A stretch of 64,000 nt of DNA from Allomuricauda sp. GTDB lineage: Bacteria > Bacteroidota > Bacteroidia > Flavobacteriales > Flavobacteriaceae. The stretch covers positions 18,006 to 82,005 of the forward strand of contig JASBTQ010000047.1 of assembly GCA_030148335.1 (NCBI GenBank), given 5' to 3'. The number at the start of each line of letters is the position of its first letter. Within the stretch, counting starts at the first letter, position 1. This document shows, one piece after another, positions 51,185 through 59,909 of the stretch. The notes beneath the pieces were generated by a model. That model was given only the letters and a program-made list of their open reading frames with translations, was not told where the DNA came from and searched no databases. A program made the position numbers and the translations under genes.

Positions 51185-52365
51185 GAAAATATTCATTTTT
51201 TGAGGAATTATTGATATCGGGTACCATCAAGAATCATTGCAGATCTATCGATATTGGACCGCATTTGCGAACGATTCCCATTTCTTCGGGTTCTTCCACC
51301 ATAGCCGAGGCAGGGGTGGCGTGTTCCTATTGGGACATACCCGATTATATGAAGGCTACCTTTCACGGGGACAACGGGAAGGTATTTGAAAGATCAGTTG
51401 CCCTTTATGAAGGCTCCTACATCGAATTGGGCAAATACCAGGGCTTTGACCATTTTATTAGGCAAAAGTTAAGCTCCAACCGAAGAGCCAAAATAAGGGC
51501 CGCCAAGCGGAACCTAGAGCATATATTTCCAATCGATTATGCCTATTATTATGGTGTGGAACTATCGGACAGCACATATTTCGGGCTTATGAAAGCCTTA
51601 AAGGAAATGATTACCAAGCGGTTTGAGGAAAAGCAGATGAAACATACCGCCTTGGAAGACTGGGACAATTTCATTAAGTGGGGCAGAATTTTGATAGCGG
51701 AAAAACGAGCAGTAATGTTCGTAATCTACAGTGATGGCCAGCCCATACATATCGCCTTTAATTATGTTTGGGAAAAACTGGTTTTTGCATTTGTCAGGGG
51801 ATTCGATGTTAATTACTCGAGATTTCACCTGGGGTTTATCGATATGTTAATCCAGATTGAATGGAGCTTCAACAACCAATTCCAAATCCATGACTTTTTA
51901 AGGGGAAACTTGGACTATAAGATAATGTTCGCGGATACCACCTATTTATACCGGGCCCATTTTATTATACCTTCTGTAAAACGTAATCCTCTGGCCCTCC
52001 TGCCATGGATAGGGTGCTCCCTCAAATTTGATGTCTATTATAACCTCAAGAGAAAATTTGGGGTTCTTTACTATGGCATGCCCTTTTTACCAAAAAGACG
52101 GAAGAAAAAAGTTTCAGTTTATCAATTGGATGCACCCAGTCAGGAGGAATCCATCCAATTGGCAAAAAATCATATGCCTAAAGTAAATTTGGAAACGGAA
52201 CCCCATGAATATCTTAAAAGAGCGGCCTATCATTTTCTGTACAATACTAAGACACCCATAAAAGAATTGGAGGTCTATGGGATTCCTGGGCAACAGGACA
52301 TCTATTTTTTCAAAGGGAACGGGCAGGTCAAAAAAGTACAATTTTCAAACTCGAAAAAAAGCTAA
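51181..52365 (+). CDS. GNAT array paralogue 4 (long form)
   Basis: DIPDY, YEGSYIEL, KRFEEK, DFLRGNLDYKIMF. Confidence 0.85.
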   Translation: MRKYSFFEELLISGTIKNHCRSIDIGPHLRTIPISSGSSTIAEAGVACSYWDIPDYMKATFHGDNGKVFERSVALYEGSYIELGKYQGFDHFIRQKLSSNRRAKIRAAKRNLEHIFPIDYAYYYGVELSDSTYFGLMKALKEMITKRFEEKQMKHTALEDWDNFIKWGRILIAEKRAVMFVIYSDGQPIHIAFNYVWEKLVFAFVRGFDVNYSRFHLGFIDMLIQIEWSFNNQFQIHDFLRGNLDYKIMFADTTYLYRAHFIIPSVKRNPLALLPWIGCSLKFDVYYNLKRKFGVLYYGMPFLPKRRKKKVSVYQLDAPSQEESIQLAKNHMPKVNLETEPHEYLKRAAYHFLYNTKTPIKELEVYGIPGQQDIYFFKGNGQVKKVQFSNSKKS

Positions 52366-53561
52366 TGGAATCCATGGAGTCCAAAACCATCGTTTTTTTA
52401 AAGCAGTTGGCTTCCATGGGGAGCTTTCCGGCCTGTATTTCTAAAATCAGGGATACCAGAACCGGAGAAGTCCTGTTCGAACAATCGGTCGAAAAACGTC
52501 CAATGGATACTCGAGATCATATGATCTTGAAGGATGTCCCAAGCTACCTAGAAATCGAATGGGAGGAGACAAAAATAAAAATCAAGACCCAAAGCCTTGC
52601 CACCCAAAAGACCTATGTGGTAGATCTCGATCATTACAGGAATTCGGATGCCTATCTTCAAAAACACTTTGGGCCCAAGAGCCGTTCCGCATTGAGACGG
52701 TACAAAAAACGGTTGGAACAGTGCTTTAGAGTCGAATATTGGGTCCATTATGGAGCCATGGACAAAATCGGATATAATGCCCTCTTCGAGCAGGTCCGAG
52801 ACCTGATGGAACGGAGGTTCGAACAAAAAAAGGAACGGAATTACGAACTCCAGCACTTGGAAGAAATAAAGAATGATGTATATCCAAGACTCCTTGAAAA
52901 ACAAGCCTCCATTTTTGTGATCACCGCCAACGGCAGACCGATCAGTATCCGAATCAACCTGATGAGGGGCACCCTAGCCTATTATATCCTAAGTGCCTAT
53001 GATCCTGATTACGACATCTTTCGCCTAGGGAAACTGGACATGTGGCAAAACATCCATTGGTTTTTGGAAAACGGCTATAAAAAATATGACCTCCTAAAAG
53101 GGTATGCCTATATCAAGGAGCAATGGGCAGATTCCATTTATGACAATAATCTGATCTTGGTCAACCGGGACGCTTCCCTTAAGGGCAGGATGGGACTCTT
53201 GCTTTGTTATAGGAGAAAAAAGGCATTACTGGTACTTGTACGGGCCGCCAAATCCCTTGGCCTAGACCGGTCCATCAGAAAAATGAAGAGACAATCGGCT
53301 CCCAAATGGGAGATGGACCCACCCGAAATTCGGCCAATCTCTTGTACCAATCAACAAGCGGATTTATTTGATGCCCTACCTGATTGGCATTCACAGGAAA
53401 AGAAATTGAACCGACCCTTATTCACCTTAGCCTATAAGCACAGTTTTCCTGTGAAGAAAATCAAGGTATCCATAAAAAAGGATGACCCAAGGCAGTTTTT
53501 GATCGAAATCGGGGACGCCTGCTATTTGTTCATTTTTGGTAAAGACAAATCAATCCCATGA
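52365..53561 (+). CDS. GNAT array paralogue 5 (long form)
   Basis: DVPSY, KSRSALRRYKKRL, RRFEQK, DLLKGYAYIKEQW. Confidence 0.85.
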   Translation: MESMESKTIVFLKQLASMGSFPACISKIRDTRTGEVLFEQSVEKRPMDTRDHMILKDVPSYLEIEWEETKIKIKTQSLATQKTYVVDLDHYRNSDAYLQKHFGPKSRSALRRYKKRLEQCFRVEYWVHYGAMDKIGYNALFEQVRDLMERRFEQKKERNYELQHLEEIKNDVYPRLLEKQASIFVITANGRPISIRINLMRGTLAYYILSAYDPDYDIFRLGKLDMWQNIHWFLENGYKKYDLLKGYAYIKEQWADSIYDNNLILVNRDASLKGRMGLLLCYRRKKALLVLVRAAKSLGLDRSIRKMKRQSAPKWEMDPPEIRPISCTNQQADLFDALPDWHSQEKKLNRPLFTLAYKHSFPVKKIKVSIKKDDPRQFLIEIGDACYLFIFGKDKSIP

Positions 53562-54505
53562 AATTACGCTTCCTTCTGGATATTGTTCTCTCCCATGGCC
53601 ATGACCGTCTCGGGCCCCTCTCCGCTTGTGCGGAGATCGATGACCCCAAGACCTTCAAAATGGCCCTCAGGGACGGCGAATCCATGAACTCGCCTTTTTT
53701 TATTTGTGATCTGCCTTCTTATCAACAGTTGGTACTGCAAGGAGAATTGAAAACACTCAAAAAATTGGACTCCCCTCTGTACCAAGGATTTTTGCTAGAC
53801 CTTACCCCCTATGAAAATTTGGATGGGTATTTAAAATCCCATTTTCCCACCACAACGCGGATGTTCAGAAGACACGGAAAAAGACTTCGGGAGGAAGTGG
53901 GTTCCACAACCAAGATTTATTATGGGAGCAGCATGGATGAAGCGGAACTGACCCTGTTGTTTGACCGTCTTAAAACATTCCTTACAAACCGATTTGAGCA
54001 AAAGGAATCCGAGAACTACGAACTTCCATTGTTGCCCCTATATAAAAAAATGCTCAGGACCCTTGTCCCCAAGGGAGAAGCTGTGATATTTGCCCGGTTC
54101 CATGGCAAAAACCCCATAGGGATCGGAATCGGTTTTGTAAATGCAAACATCCTTTATCTGTTCAATATTGGCTTTGATGTCCAATATGGCCAATACGGAT
54201 TGGGCAACCAATTACTCTTGGATGTTCTGGGATGGTGCTTTGAAAAAAGGATTTCCATGGTGGATATGGGAAGAGGCGATTTTTTCCATAAACGAAAATG
54301 GGTAAACGGTTCCTATATCTATAGGGAAATTACCTTTTTCAAGGCCAAAAATGTCTTGGAAATGTCCAAGGCCTTTACCATCTGGACCATCAATACGATT
54401 CGCTATCACACCATCGCTTTCCTGAAAAAAATGGGGGGACAACAAATGGCCAGAAAATTTTTCCTATGGAAATACAGGCTGTGGAACCACCATAAACAGG
54501 ATTGA
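53558..54505 (+). CDS. GNAT array paralogue 6 (short form)
   Basis: DLPSY, YQGFLLDL, NRFEQK, DMGRGDFFHKRKW. Confidence 0.85.
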   Translation: MKLRFLLDIVLSHGHDRLGPLSACAEIDDPKTFKMALRDGESMNSPFFICDLPSYQQLVLQGELKTLKKLDSPLYQGFLLDLTPYENLDGYLKSHFPTTTRMFRRHGKRLREEVGSTTKIYYGSSMDEAELTLLFDRLKTFLTNRFEQKESENYELPLLPLYKKMLRTLVPKGEAVIFARFHGKNPIGIGIGFVNANILYLFNIGFDVQYGQYGLGNQLLLDVLGWCFEKRISMVDMGRGDFFHKRKWVNGSYIYREITFFKAKNVLEMSKAFTIWTINTIRYHTIAFLKKMGGQQMARKFFLWKYRLWNHHKQD

Positions 54506-54559
54506 TTTCACCGACAATAATAATGAAACAGAAATTCAAACCATGAAATCGTTTTTGGG

Positions 54560-55747
54560 ATGCTACATAAAATAAACATATTCCAAGCCCTTTATGAACG
54601 GGAGGGCCTGCCCAATGGACTTCCGGAACCAATGGTCAATGGTAGGCACTTTGATACTGGTCAAAACCCTAGCGTTCCCCAAAGCAATATGGACAGTTAC
54701 TCCTTACGTTTGATGCCTTATTATGTGCAATTTGCAAACATCCCCAACCAATATTGCCTAAAAAAAGTCCCTCAATTCAACTGGGGGCATTCCATAGACC
54801 TGAAGGGGTTCCCATCCGTTGATGACTACATGGAGTCCCAATTCAAGTCCAAGACAAGAAGTATCATCAAAAGATATATCAAGAGATTGGAAATATGTTT
54901 TCCCATATCCTACAGATACTATTATGGAGAAATGGAACATGGGGAATATACCAGAATATTTGAATCCTTGGAGCAAATGATTCTCAACCGTTTCGAACAA
55001 AGGGAAGAAACCCATAAGGAAATGTGGAGATGGAAGGCCTTAAAAGATTCCACATATGACCTGATACTTTCAAAGAAAGCATCGTTCTTCGTCATTTTTG
55101 ATGGAAATACCCCCATTGAAATATCGTTGAACTATCATCTGGAAGGAATTTTGTTCAGTTCCATTTCATCGTTCGACACAGACTACACCAAATTTGGACT
55201 TGGGCATGTCGAAATCTACAAACAATTGGAATGGTGTCTGCAAAATGGTTGTTCCATTTTTGAAATGGGGGTGGGCGGCATGGACTATAAAAGGAGGTGG
55301 AGCAACCGTATCTATCAGTTCGACCATTGCATCCTGTTTCCCAAAAAAACCTCGTTTTCCAAGTTCGTAAGTACCATGGAATATTGGCGCATACAAGTAA
55401 AGGAATATCTCAAATCAAAAAAAATCAATGAACTGAAGGATACGTTGTTGCGCAAATTGGATCTTAAAAGAAAGCATAATGAAGCGGGGGAGATGCCATT
55501 CTCCCATTCCCTTTTGGGACATCCTCCCAAAAATATGGAACTGTATCCACTCTCGTTTTCCGAATCCTTGCCCAATGGCCTAAAAAAAGCGCTGTACGAT
55601 TTACTGTATTTACAAGAAGTGAGCCGCGAGAAAATCGAACTTTTCAAGGGTGGTGGCCATTATTATGCCAAATTGGAATCCAAGTGGTTTTTGCTTCAAA
55701 GGGAAAATGTTGGTGCGTCTGCACATTCTGTCCCATTTGAACCTTAG
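54560..55747 (+). CDS. GNAT array paralogue 7 (long form)
   Basis: LMPYY, KTRSIIKRYIKRL, NRFEQR, EMGVGGMDYKRRW. Confidence 0.85.
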   Translation: MLHKINIFQALYEREGLPNGLPEPMVNGRHFDTGQNPSVPQSNMDSYSLRLMPYYVQFANIPNQYCLKKVPQFNWGHSIDLKGFPSVDDYMESQFKSKTRSIIKRYIKRLEICFPISYRYYYGEMEHGEYTRIFESLEQMILNRFEQREETHKEMWRWKALKDSTYDLILSKKASFFVIFDGNTPIEISLNYHLEGILFSSISSFDTDYTKFGLGHVEIYKQLEWCLQNGCSIFEMGVGGMDYKRRWSNRIYQFDHCILFPKKTSFSKFVSTMEYWRIQVKEYLKSKKINELKDTLLRKLDLKRKHNEAGEMPFSHSLLGHPPKNMELYPLSFSESLPNGLKKALYDLLYLQEVSREKIELFKGGGHYYAKLESKWFLLQRENVGASAHSVPFEP

Positions 55748-55926
55748 AACGTACATTTTTGCCTTACATCATAATATATTGCAAGTTCGGTTCTTTTTTT
55801 GATTATTTGTTTGGACATTGGAGGATATTTTTGGCAAATTTACGACTGATGGACAGCAAAAGAATACCCCCAACAAACACATTTACGAGTATGATCCTTG
55901 CGGATTGATAACCTATATAAACAAGT

Positions 55927-57033
55927 ATGGACGGTACTGATTTAAAAGTGGTCATCCTTACCAAGAAAGAAATTAGCGACTACTTACAGAAACCTGCCCT
56001 TGAGCGTGAGTATAGTCTTCCTTTTTCTGCGAACAAAGCCCATTGGTTAATCGAAAAACCGGGAATGGACGATGCCGACTTTTGTGCCATCATGGCAACA
56101 ACGGGCAAGGAAATCCTAAGTTTCACCCATTTGGTTCCCGACCTATTGTCCAATCGGGAAGGCTATGGGCAAGAGGAGAGAAAAATATACTGGATGCCCC
56201 AATGGTGGGCCTCGGAAACGGCCAAGAGCACTGTGGTCTCAACCTATGTCTTCAGTGAGTCCCTAAAAGCCACGTCCAATAAGATATTGGTAAAGGCATA
56301 TGAACAGAATGCAGAGGCCTTTTATACAAAACAGCCTTTCTCTATGGTTCAGACCAATCAGAGGCATGTCGTATTCATTGGTCTGGCCAGTGACGTTTTG
56401 GCGCAGAGGCTGCCGGTTCTAAGTAAAGTCAAATTCTTTACAAAAGGACTGGAAAAAACGTCCGTAAAAATATATGCCTGGTTGAACCGATCACGAATCA
56501 ATACGTTGGGTCATGACCTAAAAATAAAATACTTCCACCGACTGGATGTCGATTCTTGGAACTTCATTAAACCTTTTGTTGAAAATGACATTGTCCAAAA
56601 GAGCAGGGAATACATCAATTGGCAAATTGACCATAAACAATACTTATCGACACCTTTGGATAAGAAAAAATCCAACATAGGGTTGGTAAGGGGATATGGG
56701 TCCAAGATAGGTATGGTCAATTATATGGTGACCAGGGACAATGCCCATATCGGATTTGTTTCTTTCCATTATATAGGGCGTACCGCATATATGAAATATG
56801 TTCTTGCCCACCCGGATGAAATGGCAAGTGTATGTGCGACCCTCTACGAACATCTGAACAAGTTGGGGGTCATTTACTTTTTTACGGACAACGCCTCATT
56901 GGCCAAACATTTTTTGGACAACTTTTCAACAGTTTACCACTACACACAGACCAAAAAATCCATGGCGCACAATTCCATTTATGATATGGTGGGCAACGCT
57001 GTCGTAACAGAGCAAGATGGACATTTTATATAG
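55927..57033 (+). CDS. Hypothetical protein, possible tandem-GNAT fold (not a paralogue of the array)
   Basis: 368 aa soluble ORF with IYWMPQWW and KSREYINW motifs; 5 bp before the adenylation gene. Confidence 0.6.
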   Translation: MDGTDLKVVILTKKEISDYLQKPALEREYSLPFSANKAHWLIEKPGMDDADFCAIMATTGKEILSFTHLVPDLLSNREGYGQEERKIYWMPQWWASETAKSTVVSTYVFSESLKATSNKILVKAYEQNAEAFYTKQPFSMVQTNQRHVVFIGLASDVLAQRLPVLSKVKFFTKGLEKTSVKIYAWLNRSRINTLGHDLKIKYFHRLDVDSWNFIKPFVENDIVQKSREYINWQIDHKQYLSTPLDKKKSNIGLVRGYGSKIGMVNYMVTRDNAHIGFVSFHYIGRTAYMKYVLAHPDEMASVCATLYEHLNKLGVIYFFTDNASLAKHFLDNFSTVYHYTQTKKSMAHNSIYDMVGNAVVTEQDGHFI

Positions 57034-57038
57034 AATAT

Positions 57039-58550
57039 ATGAAAATCCTCCAGACACTACAAGAATCCATGAAAGAACATTCCTTAAGGAATGCATTCTT
57101 GATCAATGGCACTTATTATACCTATGGCCAATTGGGTTCCAAGATTTCAGGTATCAGGAGACTTGTGCAGGACCAGGTCCCCTCTTCTGAAAAATTCATA
57201 GGAGTGGTCACCAATGATGATCTGGAAACCTATGCAAGTATGATTGCCCTGTGGTTTGAAGGTAAGGCCTATGTCCCCATCAACCCCATTTACCCAAAAA
57301 CACGCAACAAAGAGATTCTGGAACAAACGGAAAGTACTTATATCTTGGATTCGTCCGACACCAAATATCTTGATGATGGGTTCCATGTTCTTTCCGCTGG
57401 AAACCTATCAACACAAGGAATGGATCTGTGTCCCAAAACTGTTCATCCTGAAAGTTTTGCCTATGTGATCTTCACTTCTGGGAGTACGGGTGTTCCTAAA
57501 GGTGCCCCGATTACATTCAAAAATTTAGATAGCTTTGCATCCGCCATAGACGAGAACCTGTCTTTCTCCCTTTACCCGTCCGACCGTTGCCTACAAATGT
57601 TCGAGCTGACCTTCGACATGTCGGTGGTCTCCTTTCTCGCCCCCTTATTGAAAGGTGCCTGTGTGTATACCCTGTCCAAAAAGGGCATCAAATATTTTGA
57701 GATCGTGAAATTGTTGTCGGAATATCAATTGACGGTTTTGATCATGGTCCCTTCCATCATCCACTACCTACGCCCTTATTTCAAGGAAATCCATTGCCCG
57801 AGCGTCAGGTATTCATGTTTTGCCGGTGGGAAACTCTTCGGGGAAATTGCAAAGGAATGGAACAAGTGCATTCCCAATGCACAGATCATCAACTATTATG
57901 GCCCCACCGAAACGACCATATATTGTGGTGGGTACCTCTTCAACAAGGAAGGGGGCAACAAGCATGAAAATGACGTACTGTCCATCGGAAAGCCATTTCC
58001 CAATACATCTTATATGATCATTGACGAAAATGGTGAAGAACTTGGTGTGGGAAAAACCGGGGAGCTTTGCATAGCCGGGGAGCAATTATTTCCGGGATAT
58101 ATCAAAAACGAGGAGAAGAACAAACAGGTCTTTTTTACTGTGGAACACGGGGGTCGTTCACATAGGTTCTACAAAACAGGAGATCTGTGCTATAAAGATG
58201 CCGACGGGGATTATATGTATGTGGGCCGGGCTGATTTTCAAGTGAAAATAAGAGGATTCCGAGTGGAATTAGGAGAAATAGAATACCATGTAAAAACAAA
58301 ATTGGTGGGCATGGATGTGGTGGTCATCGACGTTCCTGATGGTATGGGCAATCTGGAATTGGGCTTGGCCGTTTGCAGCAACAAAATTGACCTGGAACCT
58401 GTCATTTCCCACTTAAAGGAAGTTTTGCCACCCTATATGATCCCTACCCAATTTCTGTTCCTTGACCAATTTCCCCATAGCGTAAATGATAAAGTGGACA
58501 TGAAAGAACTCAGGGCACGGTTCACAGACTTAAAAACCAAACACATTTGA
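57039..58550 (+). CDS. Stand-alone amino-acid adenylation enzyme (DltA-like carrier-protein ligase)
   Basis: FTSGSTGVPKG, FDMSV, NYYGPTE, GELCIAG, YKTGD, GRADFQVKIRGFRVELGEIE, LPPYMIP, NDK. Confidence 0.93.
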   Translation: MKILQTLQESMKEHSLRNAFLINGTYYTYGQLGSKISGIRRLVQDQVPSSEKFIGVVTNDDLETYASMIALWFEGKAYVPINPIYPKTRNKEILEQTESTYILDSSDTKYLDDGFHVLSAGNLSTQGMDLCPKTVHPESFAYVIFTSGSTGVPKGAPITFKNLDSFASAIDENLSFSLYPSDRCLQMFELTFDMSVVSFLAPLLKGACVYTLSKKGIKYFEIVKLLSEYQLTVLIMVPSIIHYLRPYFKEIHCPSVRYSCFAGGKLFGEIAKEWNKCIPNAQIINYYGPTETTIYCGGYLFNKEGGNKHENDVLSIGKPFPNTSYMIIDENGEELGVGKTGELCIAGEQLFPGYIKNEEKNKQVFFTVEHGGRSHRFYKTGDLCYKDADGDYMYVGRADFQVKIRGFRVELGEIEYHVKTKLVGMDVVVIDVPDGMGNLELGLAVCSNKIDLEPVISHLKEVLPPYMIPTQFLFLDQFPHSVNDKVDMKELRARFTDLKTKHI

Positions 58551-58551
58551 T

Positions 58552-58857
58552 ATGGAAACTACTGAAATAAAAGAGTCCTTGAAAGCTATATTCACGGACA
58601 CGTTAGGACACAATTCATTCGAACTCGAAGATGATACCACTGCAAAGGATGTGGATGGATGGGATTCTGTGACGCACATGATGCTCATCAACGAAATCGA
58701 AAAGAAATACAATATAAAGTTTTCTTTGATGGATCTAATGAACTTGGAAAACATCGGGAGCTTGATCAAGGCTATCAAGAGTAAAGTGGGGTCTTCCCTT
58801 ATCTATGTTGCACTGTGCGAGCTATTGGAACTTGAATCTTTGGTCCTTCTAGTATAG
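58552..58857 (+). CDS. Acyl/aminoacyl carrier protein (DltC-like) with C-terminal extension
   Basis: GWDSV phosphopantetheine site (Ser39); 1 bp after the ligase gene. Confidence 0.9.
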   Translation: METTEIKESLKAIFTDTLGHNSFELEDDTTAKDVDGWDSVTHMMLINEIEKKYNIKFSLMDLMNLENIGSLIKAIKSKVGSSLIYVALCELLELESLVLLV

Positions 58858-58932
58858 CTCTCTCCCAACAAATCTAAGATGGGTATTTCCATGTTTGTAT
58901 CATGGGTGATCATCAATCTATATCTATAAGGA

Positions 58933-59904
58933 TTATGGGGCGGTGTCCAACAAATTGGCTTTCAGGTCCTTTACAATGATCTCTGCCACCAAATCCCTCC
59001 CATGGTTGTTCCAATGCCTATCGTAGACCAAAGTGGTCTTTCTTTTTGACGCGTTCAGATCAGCACCAAAATCAATGTATTCAAACCCGTTTGTGTCCAA
59101 GTAGTCCAAAAAGAGTTGTGGTGTCGTGCTCTGATCCATCAAAAGGACGGTTTTTTGCTTATTGTAACCATAAAGTGCTACCAGGTTCTTGAAATTTTCC
59201 AGATATATTTCGTGCGCTCTTCCCACCTCTTTTTCATCCTTTTCCGGTTGTTCCTTTGCATTCCCGCCTTTTGCCACGGCCATGATGTCCCTGACTAGGT
59301 TCCTAGCTGGATTTAAAGCACCTATCTCGGAAAAGTAAACCAACAATTTACTTTTCTTGAGCAATTTATTGACAGGTGATTCCAGGTTCAGTCTGGATTC
59401 TTCAATAAAATATTCTCCACGCGTGAGGTCGTTTGAAAACATCAGCTTGATATAGATCCTATCGATTAATCCAAAATCCTCTTCATATGCCTTGATCAAA
59501 TGGAGCTGATCGGCCATATCATAGCCCGCATAACCATATTCAAATACCTTGACCCTGTCGTTGAGTCTTTGTTCAATTTTTCTACCTATTGATATTTTAT
59601 AAGGTTGATGAAACCCTTCAATGAATGAATCCCCCACCAATGCCACCTCAATCCCTTGCTCTGTAGGTATGAACTCTTGGTACGAATTGAATCCAGAGCT
59701 GTTGATGTTGTACCTGATGAAATTTTGGTTCCTGTTGCCTGTCACAGAATAGCCTTCTTGGTTAGGAACCCATTTTTCCACGCTTTTCCCATCAACAAAA
59801 CGGGTGGGTTTGTCCTCGCCCAGGTAAAATATCCTCACCAAGATCTCCAAAGAAATCAGTATGAGGACTGAATAAATTCCTAATTGTGTTATTAATTTTT
59901 TCAT
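58933..59904 (-). CDS. Membrane-anchored SGNH acyl relay protein 2 (AlgJ/AlgX/PatB-like)
   Basis: N-terminal TM, LVGDSF and DRHWN (DxH). Confidence 0.8.
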   Translation of the reverse strand: MKKLITQLGIYSVLILISLEILVRIFYLGEDKPTRFVDGKSVEKWVPNQEGYSVTGNRNQNFIRYNINSSGFNSYQEFIPTEQGIEVALVGDSFIEGFHQPYKISIGRKIEQRLNDRVKVFEYGYAGYDMADQLHLIKAYEEDFGLIDRIYIKLMFSNDLTRGEYFIEESRLNLESPVNKLLKKSKLLVYFSEIGALNPARNLVRDIMAVAKGGNAKEQPEKDEKEVGRAHEIYLENFKNLVALYGYNKQKTVLLMDQSTTPQLFLDYLDTNGFEYIDFGADLNASKRKTTLVYDRHWNNHGRDLVAEIIVKDLKANLLDTAP

Positions 59905-59909
59905 CTTTT

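Noticed and set aside
47954-55747. GNAT array as a recombination-driven shufflon or a recent amplification
   Set aside because: Similarity is evident only at the protein-motif level; I saw no long DNA repeats, inverted recombination sites or recombinase.
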